From: an uncultured Candidatus Saccharibacteria bacterium
GTDB taxonomy: Bacteria; Patescibacteriota; Minisyncoccia; Phycocordibacterales; UBA12088
Assembly (NCBI GenBank): GCA_964562615.1
Contig: CAZLUD010000001.1
Span: 193,072 to 257,071 of the forward strand
Direction of reading: 5' to 3'
Length of the DNA: 64,000 nt
Shown here one piece after another: positions 47,717 to 58,604 of this stretch (position 1 is the stretch's first letter; each line of letters begins with the position of its first letter). The notes beneath the pieces are model-generated. The model worked only from the letters and a program-made list of their open reading frames with translations, ran no database searches and had not been told where the DNA came from. The translations under genes and the position numbers were made by a program.

Positions 47717-48523
47717 ATGGAACCATTAGCATATGCCATTATTGGCGCAGCAGTTGTAGTGGCGGTTTCTGGGGTTGGTATTTTAGTAGCATTATCACTC
47801 AACCACTCACTCCTCCACCGGGCACTGCACTATCTCCCCAGCTTTGCCGCCGGTGTGTTTGTCGTTATTATTTTGGGACTAGCTGAGGAAGCTCAGCACT
47901 CCCTCACCTTTATACAAGCCTCACTCCTTGGTCTCGGTGGCTTTTTACTCCTTGCAGGGGTGTCGTTTTTTATCCCCGACGCAGCACAAGGACACAGTGA
48001 GGAGTGTGAACATACTCACGGTAACGGGCGTGCCAAAGCAAGACGGTTATTTATCGCAGACGGTATTCACAACATGGGTGACGGTATCATTTTGGTGCCT
48101 GCCTTTGCAGCAAGCACCGAGCTTGGTCTTGCGGTATTATTTGGCATTATTGTGCATGAAGCAGTCCAAGAGCTGTCAGAGTTTTTTGTGTACAAAGAAG
48201 CTGGTATCCCTACCAAGGAAGCACTTTTCAAAAATGCGATAAGTGCATCAAGTATTTTTGTTGGCGTGGGCATTGGCGCGCTTATACCTAACCACGAGAC
48301 AATAGAAGCATCCATTATTGCAATCGCTGCAGGATCATTTCTTTTTGTGGTGATCCGCGACCTTCTTCCCCACTCTATCGCAAGAGGTAGAAAGGACTTT
48401 TTTATTCATATAGCAGTAGGAGCGCTAGGCGTGTTGCTTATGCTGCTAGTATCACACCTTGCACCACACATCCACGAAGAAGAGGACGATCATGACACCG
48501 AGCTACACAAGGTGATGGCTTAG
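47717..48523 (+). CDS. ZIP-family metal (zinc) transporter
   Basis: IHNMGDGIILV (HNxxDG) and IVHEAVQELSEF (HExxQE) motifs. TM-rich, with His-rich loops. Confidence 0.8.
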   Translation: MEPLAYAIIGAAVVVAVSGVGILVALSLNHSLLHRALHYLPSFAAGVFVVIILGLAEEAQHSLTFIQASLLGLGGFLLLAGVSFFIPDAAQGHSEECEHTHGNGRAKARRLFIADGIHNMGDGIILVPAFAASTELGLAVLFGIIVHEAVQELSEFFVYKEAGIPTKEALFKNAISASSIFVGVGIGALIPNHETIEASIIAIAAGSFLFVVIRDLLPHSIARGRKDFFIHIAVGALGVLLMLLVSHLAPHIHEEEDDHDTELHKVMA

Positions 48524-49068
48524 GCTCTTTTGAGAGAAAGGTACGAGAGTGCAAGAAGTGCAGAAAACGTAGTGACCGCCACCATAGGAAAGGTGAGGTA
48601 TCCAAACACCACCCAAGAAACCTCTGCGCATGAGGCTTCCAAAATTGTAGCCCCACAGGGTATTGATGCTTCGGTACCAGTAATAAGGGTGTAGTACTGA
48701 AGAATTGAGTGATATATAGCAATCACCATTCCTATCACTCCTAACACTATCGCGTATGGAGCAATGAGTGTCTCTTGCCGCTTCCATAAGGACACACCAA
48801 ATAGTACCGCTAGTGGGTACATAAAAATGCGCTGATACCAACACAGTGGACACACCGTGAGTAAATATGCGTATTGAAATACCAAGCTAGCAACAATAGC
48901 AACCACCGTGAGCATAAATGCCATCCACACATACTCGCGTGTGGTATAGGATGCGATAAATGCACGTACGGTGGGTATAAAAAACCACCCAATAACACCA
49001 AGCACAATTGCTACTTGCATCACAAACATTCCTATCCCTACAAATACTGAAAAATTCTCAAGTGTCAT
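48520..49068 (-). CDS. Disulfide bond formation protein (DsbB/BdbC family)
   Basis: Four TM helices. CPLCWYQR is the BdbC/DsbB CxxC motif. A second Cys pair lies in the periplasmic loop. Confidence 0.7.
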   Translation of the reverse strand: MTLENFSVFVGIGMFVMQVAIVLGVIGWFFIPTVRAFIASYTTREYVWMAFMLTVVAIVASLVFQYAYLLTVCPLCWYQRIFMYPLAVLFGVSLWKRQETLIAPYAIVLGVIGMVIAIYHSILQYYTLITGTEASIPCGATILEASCAEVSWVVFGYLTFPMVAVTTFSALLALSYLSLKRA

Positions 49069-49128
49069 ATGGGGTAATTATATACTATGTAGTAGCTGCA
49101 GCCATGCAATAAGTATATACGAAATACG

Positions 49129-49484
49129 TTGCGCGAGTGATGGGACTGACCCGCTTTTTCTAAGCCCTATGGGGCTAAGAACGCTGGTCGCGCCTCGCCG
49201 ACAAGCACTCGCCTTGCTCGTCTTGTATACCGGCTCCGGCGTTCAAGTCCCATCTCATTCGTCGCAAATGCAACAACAGCAAAGCATTCGCTTTGCTGTT
49301 GGCATATTGCGCGAGTGATGGGACTGACCCGCTTTTTCTAAGCCCTATGGGGCTAAGAACGCTGGTCGCGCCTCGCCGACAAGCACTCGCCTTGCTCGTC
49401 TTGTATACCGGCTCCGGCGTTCAAGTCCCATCTCATTCGTCGCAAATGCAACAACAGCAAAGCATTCGCTTTGCTGTTGGCATA
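49129..49484. repeat. Two tandem 178-bp direct repeats immediately downstream of tRNA-Asp, each beginning with a copy of the tRNA 3'-terminal ~19 nt
   Basis: Units 49129..49306 and 49307..49484 are essentially identical. Each starts ttgcgcgagtgatgggact, which equals the tRNA-Asp 3' end at 49485..49503. Each unit contains 8-bp and 12-bp perfect hairpins (ctaagccc/gggcttag and caacagcaaagc/gctttgctgttg). ORFs 48971..49318 and 49293..49496 are translations of this repeat. Confidence 0.85.
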
Positions 49485-49487
49485 TTG

Positions 49488-49561
49488 CGCGAGTGATGGG
49501 ACTTGAACCCACGACCTCTCCCGTGACAGGGGAGCGCTCTAACCAGCTGAGCTACACCCGC
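49488..49561 (-). tRNA. tRNA-Asp (anticodon GUC)
   Basis: Reverse complement GCGGGUG UA GCUC AGCUGGUUA GAGC G CUCCC cuGUCac GGGAG AGGUC GUGGG UUCAAGU CCCAU CACUCGC G. G73 discriminator. Confidence 0.85.
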
Positions 49562-49609
49562 AACTACCGCATACGTAATGCGTGTAGCGAGAGTATATAT
49601 ATATTTTGG

Positions 49610-49813
49610 CTATTTCGCAAACGTCAAAATGAGTCTATGGATAAGAATAGAAATCCATGAAATCCCAAAAACAAGCCCAATGATAAGACAAGTTGGAATA
49701 AATTCGACAGGAAAGAGCATGTTGTCCCCTGTCCAAATTGTCACAATCCCTAGCGTTGCGGTAATAATAGTAAAACTCAGAAACCCATTACGTAAATATA
49801 GTACTGTATTCAT
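49610..49813 (-). CDS. Possible small two-TM membrane protein (67 aa)
   Basis: Two hydrophobic helices. It lies between tRNA scars. Weak call. Confidence 0.25.
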   Translation of the reverse strand: MNTVLYLRNGFLSFTIITATLGIVTIWTGDNMLFPVEFIPTCLIIGLVFGISWISILIHRLILTFAK

Positions 49814-49920
49814 GCAGTATATAACTGTGGGTAATAGTTTGGGTTACAAAAATGCTCTATTCCCCCACAAACAGTGCGAAAGCACTGTTCTCCACCAACA
49901 CGGCGTTCACTTTGTTCACT

Positions 49921-49943
49921 TGTGTCGGCGGGAGGGATCGAAT
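49921..49943. repeat. Partial duplicate (22/23 nt) of the tRNA-Met 3' end (T-loop to acceptor), 134 bp downstream of the tRNA
   Basis: tgtgtcggcgggagggatcgaa is identical to 50075..50096. The T-stem partner is missing, so this is not a functional tRNA. A 9-bp inverted repeat ggatcgaa/ttcgatcc lies nearby. Confidence 0.6.
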
Positions 49944-50076
49944 CTTACAGATTCAGTACACCTTTTGGATATTTTTTTCGCAAGCTCAAAAATACCTCAA
50001 AAGGTCTTCGATCCCGCGTTACGCTCTTTCTTTGAAAGAGCTACGCCCCGCCTCCTTCAACTCACTCTGTTCGTTG

Positions 50077-50150
50077 TGTCGGCGGGAGGGATCGAACCTC
50101 CGACCTCAGCTTTATGAGTGCTGTGCTCTAACCATCTGAGCTACGCCGAC
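50077..50150 (-). tRNA. tRNA-Met/Ile2 family (anticodon CAU). Elongator Met versus lysidine-Ile cannot be decided from sequence.
   Basis: Reverse complement GUCGGCG UA GCUC AGAUGGUUA GAGC A CAGCA cuCAUaa AGCUG AGGUC GGAGG UUCGAUC CCUCC CGCCGAC A. The anticodon stem lacks the three-GC signature of initiators. Confidence 0.8.
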
Positions 50151-50239
50151 ATGTCATATGACCATACCAAAATTCTGGATTTTTTCAATTGCCTGAGTAA
50201 GTTTAGACCTCCCACGCTGCTGCGTGGGAGGTCTCATAC

Positions 50240-50665
50240 TTAATGCTGCCTCCTTTCATAAAGCGGAGTCCAGTACACTCCTTCCTCTGTGAGTGATCTT
50301 TCATTCATCCACTTAATCATTTCAAGAATACTTGGTGCTGCGTCATTATTTACCGCTTCCGTATGCATTGAAATTTCTTTCATTTGTCTAATCAGATCTA
50401 TAATCTTTTCTTTGATATCAACAACATTTTCAAGGTTAAATAACTCCCCAAAAATAGGTGCCCATCTTGGAGTACCAACGTCACCGAGGTGTAAACCACT
50501 TTCAAATTTATGAACAAATTCTCTAAAGATTCTTAATTCTTTTGTTGTTCTAAATTTTTTACCTTCAATTGCATGGTACAGCTGCATACTTGCACGTAGC
50601 CTCAAGGCAGGAAACGGAACAACAAATTCACCGAGGTTGTTCGTAGACATAAAGAAACCCTCCAC
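50240..50665 (-). CDS. Hypothetical protein (141 aa)
   Basis: Clean ORF followed by a hairpin at 50203..50232 (gacctcccacgc-tgc-tgcgtgggaggtc). No recognisable domain. Confidence 0.45.
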   Translation of the reverse strand: MEGFFMSTNNLGEFVVPFPALRLRASMQLYHAIEGKKFRTTKELRIFREFVHKFESGLHLGDVGTPRWAPIFGELFNLENVVDIKEKIIDLIRQMKEISMHTEAVNNDAAPSILEMIKWMNERSLTEEGVYWTPLYERRQH

Positions 50666-50758
50666 TGCTCATTTGTGATTAAATGAGCTACTAGACAGGA
50701 GCCTACTATAAAAATGTATAAAGTAAAAGCGTCCATATTTGGACGCTTTTACACCGTG

Positions 50759-50829
50759 TTGCGGGGACCGGATTTGCACCGATGGCTCGAGGTTATGAGC
50801 CTCGCGAGATACTTCTTCTCCACCCCGCA
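50759..50829 (-). tRNA. Atypical tRNA-like gene with CAU anticodon (U1:A72, degenerate D- and T-loops), possible pseudo- or specialised tRNA
   Basis: Reverse complement UGCGGGG UG GAGA AGAAGUA UCUC G CGAGG cuCAUaa CCUCG AGCC AUCGG UGCAAAU CCGGU CCCCGCA A. All four stems pair. The D-loop lacks GG and the T-loop lacks the TΨC consensus. A hairpin terminator follows at 50728..50752. Confidence 0.4.
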
Positions 50830-50915
50830 ATTGCGCCTTATTCAACACACCCTACAAAAGGCTTGTGAAGCGAACTATACACTTTTTTATAGCAAAAGGC
50901 AACGTGATATTTTTG

Positions 50916-51542
50916 CTACTCTACAAAATAAAACTCTGAGAATACCTGCTCATACAGGTTCATTGCGCGTAGCGCCTCACGGCGAGTGAGAATAAAGTCA
51001 CTTCCTCGGTGAGCAATTTCGTTCCTTACCTTGTGCGCATCCCATGCTTCTTGTATTTTTGGAAAATCACCACGCTCAACGTTTTTAAGTTTTTCACCCA
51101 GTGAGTTGCCCTGATACCCCGCGCTCGTAATTAGTTGGTCAAGCATGATATCTGCTTCAATAATGGCTTGCCGCCAATCGCTTGGATTGTGTGAATCAAT
51201 CATGAGGCGTATTCTCTGCCATTTATCAGTAGCAAGCATCTGTGGCTCACGCTTTTTAATAGAAGAAAAGAGTACCGCTTCTTCATACTCTTCTAAATCC
51301 TTGATGCGGTAGTAGTAATATATAATTCCAAAAAGGAGTAGCAGTGAAATAAATCCAGAAATAAGACTGAAAATAAACCACGCCTCAGCAAATATCGAGC
51401 TACCTCCACCATCTATACCACCGCTTCCAGAACCACCTCCACCATCCCCACCAGAAAAAGCAAAGAAAATTTGCCCCGTGATAACGAGATACAAAAGACG
51501 GAACAAATACTCGATATTGAGAAAATTGATACCGTAGTCCAT
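50916..51542 (-). CDS. Membrane-anchored protein with a C-terminal HEPN-like (DUF4145-like) domain
   Basis: Gly-rich region GGDGGGGSGSGGIDGGGSS, then a TM helix with a YYYY motif. The C-terminal AWDAHKVRNEIAHRGS contains an Rx4H HEPN-type motif. Confidence 0.4.
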   Translation of the reverse strand: MDYGINFLNIEYLFRLLYLVITGQIFFAFSGGDGGGGSGSGGIDGGGSSIFAEAWFIFSLISGFISLLLLFGIIYYYYRIKDLEEYEEAVLFSSIKKREPQMLATDKWQRIRLMIDSHNPSDWRQAIIEADIMLDQLITSAGYQGNSLGEKLKNVERGDFPKIQEAWDAHKVRNEIAHRGSDFILTRREALRAMNLYEQVFSEFYFVE

Positions 51543-51574
51543 TGTGTCTATTCTACTACAAAGTAGGTAGTACC

Positions 51575-52996
51575 CTAAGCGCCAATATCTTTTGCAACAG
51601 CGAAGAGGTGTGATTCGTTAGTATGTGCAGCTAAAAATTGAATCCCGAGAGGAAGTGCTACTCCCTCTACCATGACTTCACCAGAAGGGACAGAAATACC
51701 CGGGATACCTGCAATATTTGCTGGTACGGTAAATATATCTTCAAGATACATCGAGAGAGGATCATTCGTTTTTTCTCCAAAGACAAACGCAGGTCCAGGA
51801 GTGGTTGGCGTTGCAATAACATCTACCTTCGCAAATGCATCAGCAAATTCCTTTTTTATTTGATTCCTTACCGCAACCGCCTTTGCGTAGTACGCATCAT
51901 AATATCCTGAAGAAAGCACATAGGCGCCAAGTAAAATACGCCTACGAACCTCGTTACCAAATCCTTTTGTGCGAGTTTGTATAAAGTCATCAATACCGTC
52001 CTTTCCTTCAATATGAAGACCGTACCGTATACCATCAAATCGTGACAAATTAGTAGATACCTCAGCAGGCATAATGATGTAGTACACTGCAAGGCTTTTT
52101 GGTACAGCGGGGAGCTCAATATCAACAATAGTATGTCCCTTGGCTTTAAGCGCATTGAGTGCGTCTTCAAATACTTTTGACGCGTCGTGCGATAAACCCT
52201 TTTCTACAAACGCTCTTGGTACCCCGATAGTAAGTGGTCTATTCTCAGTTGCTACCGCTGGCGATACATAATCAGGTATGCTCGTGTGATCCATCGCATC
52301 CCTCCCCCGTACCGCATCAAAAAGAATTTTTGTATCCTCAACGCTCTTGCCAAATGGTCCAATAACATCAAGCGATGACCCCATCGCAATAAGCCCATAG
52401 CGAGAAACAGATCCATACGTAGGTTTGAGTCCCACCACTCCACAAAAACTTGCCGGTTGTCTAATAGACCCTCCAGTATCAGAACCATATGATCCAAGTA
52501 CCATACCCGCAGCAACCGCAGCAGCACTGCCGCCTGATGATCCACCTGGTACTCGTTTGCTATCGCGCGGATTAGTTGTCTTTTTGTATGCAGAATTCTC
52601 TGTAGAAGAACCCATGGCAAATTCATCACAGTTAGTGCGGCCCACAAGCACTGCCCCTTGCTTGGTAAGCGTATCTACTACTGTCGCGCTATAACTTGCG
52701 ACATATCCCTCTAGGATTTTTGAACTTGCGGTTGCGCGTGATCCTTTTCTGAGAATATTGTCTTTGAGTGCAATCGGAATACCCGTAAGCGGATGAATGT
52801 CCCCCGCTGCAATCATTGCGTCGGCGTGTGCCGCTTGTTCGAGGACATCACTATACACCTCAAGAAACGCGCCAACGATTGCATCACGCTCGGCTATTAC
52901 CGCTAAAGCTGCCTCAGCCAGTGCCACAGCTGAATACTTCTTCTCATCAAGGTCCTTTCTTGCTTGTGTTATTGAAAGAGTGCGAAGGTCTATCAT
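51575..52996 (-). CDS. gatA: Asp-tRNA(Asn)/Glu-tRNA(Gln) amidotransferase subunit A
   Basis: Amidase signature GGSSGGSAAAVAAG. 473 aa. Adjacent to gatC. Confidence 0.9.
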   Translation of the reverse strand: MIDLRTLSITQARKDLDEKKYSAVALAEAALAVIAERDAIVGAFLEVYSDVLEQAAHADAMIAAGDIHPLTGIPIALKDNILRKGSRATASSKILEGYVASYSATVVDTLTKQGAVLVGRTNCDEFAMGSSTENSAYKKTTNPRDSKRVPGGSSGGSAAAVAAGMVLGSYGSDTGGSIRQPASFCGVVGLKPTYGSVSRYGLIAMGSSLDVIGPFGKSVEDTKILFDAVRGRDAMDHTSIPDYVSPAVATENRPLTIGVPRAFVEKGLSHDASKVFEDALNALKAKGHTIVDIELPAVPKSLAVYYIIMPAEVSTNLSRFDGIRYGLHIEGKDGIDDFIQTRTKGFGNEVRRRILLGAYVLSSGYYDAYYAKAVAVRNQIKKEFADAFAKVDVIATPTTPGPAFVFGEKTNDPLSMYLEDIFTVPANIAGIPGISVPSGEVMVEGVALPLGIQFLAAHTNESHLFAVAKDIGA

Positions 52997-53000
52997 GGAA

Positions 53001-53276
53001 TTACATTATCTTTTTTACCACCACATGATCACCCTCGCGACCATGCGCAAGTGATAGCAATGTTTCAGTATGCTCGCCTGGGGCGTGAGGCTCGTTATCC
53101 TCTCTAAACACATTATGTACTCCAGTCACCTCATTGGTAGTTGGTTCCGCTTCTCCTAATTCACTTACATAATTTAGAATCGAAGAAAACTCCCCAATGA
53201 GGCGCTCTTTTTCTTCTTCTGAAAGCTCAATTCGAGAAAGTGCTGCCAGCATTTCTACGTCTTTCTTCGGTATCAT
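53001..53276 (-). CDS. gatC: Asp-tRNA(Asn)/Glu-tRNA(Gln) amidotransferase subunit C
   Basis: MIPKKDVEMLAALSRIELSEEEKERLIGEFSSILNYVSELGE is the GatC pattern. The ORF extends upstream to 53369, but the Met at 53276 fits the family length. Confidence 0.7.
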   Translation of the reverse strand: MIPKKDVEMLAALSRIELSEEEKERLIGEFSSILNYVSELGEAEPTTNEVTGVHNVFREDNEPHAPGEHTETLLSLAHGREGDHVVVKKIM

Positions 53277-53301
53277 ATGGCGTATCCTAGCATGAAGCGC
53301 T

Positions 53302-55365
<2,064 letters not shown>

Positions 55366-55374
55366 TCAAATGGG

Positions 55375-55800
55375 CTATTTGTAGCGCTCCACGATGCCTC
55401 GTTCTACTCTAAATCCAGTAGTAACCGAGCAGGTGGTGTTGTAGCCACGAGAGCGTATTTCACCAGTGGTGCTATTAACCGATACTACCGCGCAACCTCT
55501 TCCTGGTATATCAAGGGTGAAATTACCGTTACTAGGCCCGACGGTAAATGACTGGCTAAGACACGTGATGGTCTTTCCTTCATCAAAGGCTCCTTGTATC
55601 GCCCAATAAAGTGCGCAGTCAGAACCCGATTTTGCTGCATAAAGTGCTATTTGTGATACTTCACCAAAATTAGCAAGGCGAAGTTCTTTGGTCATTATTT
55701 GCATAACTGATGCACTCACCGAAAGCACAAGCGTAATGATAAGCATCGCATACAGAAGCGTAAAACCTTTATTCATAGTGTTGGGGTGCTTGGTATGCAT
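55375..55800 (-). CDS. Minor pilin-like protein (prepilin-type N-terminus without Glu5)
   Basis: N-terminus NKGFTLLYAMLIITLVLSVSASV. First gene of pilus locus B. Confidence 0.5.
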   Translation of the reverse strand: MHTKHPNTMNKGFTLLYAMLIITLVLSVSASVMQIMTKELRLANFGEVSQIALYAAKSGSDCALYWAIQGAFDEGKTITCLSQSFTVGPSNGNFTLDIPGRGCAVVSVNSTTGEIRSRGYNTTCSVTTGFRVERGIVERYK

Positions 55801-55802
55801 GC

Positions 55803-56414
55803 TTATGATTCTAGTTCTGCTTCACGTTTTGCTTTTGCTGCATTAAAGTCATACATAATTCTTGAAACGGTCATTGTCTTAGCACCAGAAGGTACATCCC
55901 ACGTCAAAATAACCTCAATAAGATTTTCATCCAAGTTACCATTTGGTTGCGTGACGCGAATTGTTCGCGTGTATTCAGATACCCCCCAACTACTGTTATA
56001 TCCATAAAACGATCCGGTAGAATCCTTTCTCATTGGCGGGCATGCCGAGGTGCATCTTGATATTGCATTAGCAGGCGTTGCCGCAGGTGCGACGGTGGTG
56101 TCCATGATACATCCATAGGTGCCTCCGCAGTTGGTACGGGCGTACGCAAAGCCGGCTGTTCCGTTTTTGGTGTCGTTGTCTCGTATATTAGTGAGGAGCT
56201 CCATGGCATCCTGCCCTAAAAAGAATGCAGTGATTTGCTCACGCGTATACGCAGCAGAATTAAGTGATCGTTGTACGAGCGCCATCGGACCAACCAAAGA
56301 AACAATAAGTACCGCAACCGCCACCAATGTTTCAATAAGGGTGAACCCAGCTTGCGTATCACCGTTTACACGATTATGTGGGTGTTGCTTCATCATGCTA
56401 GAACTCGGTCTCAT
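55803..56414 (-). CDS. Pseudopilin with prepilin-type N-terminus
   Basis: The N-terminal motif is QAGFTLIETLVAVAVLIVSLVGPMAL. Confidence 0.65.
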   Translation of the reverse strand: MRPSSSMMKQHPHNRVNGDTQAGFTLIETLVAVAVLIVSLVGPMALVQRSLNSAAYTREQITAFFLGQDAMELLTNIRDNDTKNGTAGFAYARTNCGGTYGCIMDTTVAPAATPANAISRCTSACPPMRKDSTGSFYGYNSSWGVSEYTRTIRVTQPNGNLDENLIEVILTWDVPSGAKTMTVSRIMYDFNAAKAKREAELES

Positions 56415-57999
56415 TAGTGACAGAACCAGATGTATTTCTCACTTCAGTAGTAGGAGCTAAACAACTATTTGAACAAGCGCCGCCAGTTGAGCATAGCCTG
56501 CAATCAAGTCCTGTAGTGCTCATGCCTGGGTCAACACATCCAGTAACTGCGCATGGCTGACCAGGTATACATATCGCACAGTTGATAACCGTTGTAGTGG
56601 TACCGCCACCGTTATTTACGACATCAAGGCATAGTGGAGAACACGTACCACCAGTAGTACAAGGTCTACAGTCTAGGTTATAGACAATATATGTATCCCT
56701 TTTATACACACTTACGCGCTTTATACTTCCACTGTTTGGTGTACCAAATCCTCCAACCCAATATGAATTGTTACCATAATTCATGGTAGTAGAGACAGTT
56801 GGCTCTGCCTGACTAGCATTGGTGAGATTGCTTGGAAGTGGATGAAATGCCTTTAGCTGGCACGTGATACCGTTTTGTGTCGTCGCTGGAAGAGATCCAT
56901 TAGTATAAGGGGCATTTCCTGCGTATGCGCGTATCGACATTAAATCTTCACACTTATTGCCCGAGTAATCTTCAGCAACAACCTTCAAATCGTATGAGAA
57001 AGTCAAATTGGTGTTTCTGAAATCAAGCAATACATAACGGCCACTTGTTTTACAATACCCTTTTCCGCTCACGCTTCCACTAAAGTCACAGTCCCACAAC
57101 GGACTAGCGCTCCATGCACCAACGACTTGAGTTGAGAATGTAGCACACGCAGGGTCATATGTACTTGGACTGTTTGCGTCAGGACCTTCGCCCTTTTCGC
57201 ATCTACCATTAGTAGTGGTAACTGAGGGAGTTGTAGTGGTGGTGGTGCAATCTGGTGAATTGCTGTTTTCATTGTAAAAACATCTACCATCCCCCGGTGT
57301 TGGATTGTTGGGTACGGTGGTAGAAGGACAATCAAGTGGATGTGTTTGGTATGACTCACCATAGTTACATTGCCCGTTGCCAGCTAATTCACCAGGATTG
57401 TAGGTATAGGTATACGCAACTGTGGTATCAACAGGTAGCGCCTCAGAAACCGTTGTTTGGATATTAAATGCAGTCTTTGTGCCATTACGCTCGCCTGCCT
57501 CACCCCGCACTACAATAAAGGCACGCCGCTGATTATCCCCTAATCCAGTCACAAAGAATCTACCGTACGAAAGATTTACATTAGGCGCGGTCATTGCTAC
57601 ATACGGTCCCGATGCGCCATTTTTAGACAAGAGCAATTGTCCTGATGAAGAAAAAGCATATACCCATTGATCAGCAGTAGTGCTTGTGTTTCCACCACGA
57701 GGCTCAAATGCGATGTACGTACCGCCTCCCTGACAATCCTGCTCGGTTGCAATAGAAGAATTATTTACGCTATTTGCACAGTGATACGTGCTACCGTCTC
57801 GAATGGTTCGAGACATAGAATCAAGTGCTGCGTTAAGATTATTAAATACCAACTTTTGTGATCGGGCTTTTTCATTACCGGTCATAAGCGATACAAACGA
57901 ACCAACCGTAACAAGTGCAACCACACTAAATAGTGCAAGTGCAACCAGCGTCTCCACTAATGTGTACCCTCGTATGTATCTTGTAGATGTAGTATTCAT
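56398..57999 (-). CDS. Large pseudopilin (533 aa) with a Cys-rich repetitive C-terminal region
   Basis: N-terminus RGYTLVETLVALALFSVVALV. The C-terminus has repeated CxxC-type blocks (CRPCTTGGTCSPLC...CAICIPGQPCAVTGC...CRLCSTGGACSNSC). Confidence 0.65.
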   Translation of the reverse strand: MNTTSTRYIRGYTLVETLVALALFSVVALVTVGSFVSLMTGNEKARSQKLVFNNLNAALDSMSRTIRDGSTYHCANSVNNSSIATEQDCQGGGTYIAFEPRGGNTSTTADQWVYAFSSSGQLLLSKNGASGPYVAMTAPNVNLSYGRFFVTGLGDNQRRAFIVVRGEAGERNGTKTAFNIQTTVSEALPVDTTVAYTYTYNPGELAGNGQCNYGESYQTHPLDCPSTTVPNNPTPGDGRCFYNENSNSPDCTTTTTTPSVTTTNGRCEKGEGPDANSPSTYDPACATFSTQVVGAWSASPLWDCDFSGSVSGKGYCKTSGRYVLLDFRNTNLTFSYDLKVVAEDYSGNKCEDLMSIRAYAGNAPYTNGSLPATTQNGITCQLKAFHPLPSNLTNASQAEPTVSTTMNYGNNSYWVGGFGTPNSGSIKRVSVYKRDTYIVYNLDCRPCTTGGTCSPLCLDVVNNGGGTTTTVINCAICIPGQPCAVTGCVDPGMSTTGLDCRLCSTGGACSNSCLAPTTEVRNTSGSVTNETEF

Positions 58000-58019
58000 G
58001 TTGACTATAGTGTAACAGA

Positions 58020-58604
58020 TTATCGTGGTACTGAAATCTGTCCTGTTGTGTATATTTCAACTAACTGCTCATACCCTTGTGAGCTCTTAAGATAAAACTG
58101 CCCGCGAGGGTATTCAGCAGTAGTTCCCGCTACTCGTATAACCGCCTCTGGATTGGGTCGTTGAAAGGTTACAACAAGCGCCGAGGAGGTACTGCAACTT
58201 GCTGAACCGGCATTATTAAGTACGCATACCCTATCAAGCCCAATGCCCGGTGGAAAGGCAAGTGTCTCAATGACCGTGTCTACTCCACTTGAATACTGCT
58301 TGTCTTGGTCGATGTCACTAAAAAATGTGATTGTGCCACCATTAAGGCCCGTTGCATGGACTCCGTATCCAACATCAAAATCGCTTCCCTCGCCTCTTAC
58401 CGCAACTCCATATGATTGTGCTTGTCGTAGCATTACCGCAAGCTCGTATCCAACGTTAGTAAGCTGTAAGTTACCCCTTCCTGAGGCGCCACCGGCAAGT
58501 ACCATTATTGAGACCATGATAAAAATAGATGTAACTACCAATACCTCAACAAGGGTAAATGCCTTGGTGTTAGTAGAAGAGACTTGTTGGGAGAGTGAAT
58601 GCAT
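58020..58604 (-). CDS. Pseudopilin (GspH/FimT-like). The likely start is the Met preceding KAFTLVEVL.
   Basis: Contains TKAFTLVEVLVVTSIFIMVSIMVLAG. The longer ORF to 58733 overlaps pilD, so an internal start is more plausible. Confidence 0.6.
   Translation of the reverse strand: MHSLSQQVSSTNTKAFTLVEVLVVTSIFIMVSIMVLAGGASGRGNLQLTNVGYELAVMLRQAQSYGVAVRGEGSDFDVGYGVHATGLNGGTITFFSDIDQDKQYSSGVDTVIETLAFPPGIGLDRVCVLNNAGSASCSTSSALVVTFQRPNPEAVIRVAGTTAEYPRGQFYLKSSQGYEQLVEIYTTGQISVPR

Noticed and set aside
49129-49484. Possible CRISPR array or translated genes (ORFs 48971..49318 and 49293..49496 encode identical peptides)
   Set aside because: There are only two units of 178 bp with no short repeat-spacer periodicity. 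The identical peptides are simply translations of the tandem repeat. No cas genes are present in the window.
49578-50139. ORFs 49578..50117 and 49852..50139 (+)
   Set aside because: They run across tRNA-Met and its duplicated 3' fragment on the opposite strand. No coding signal is present.
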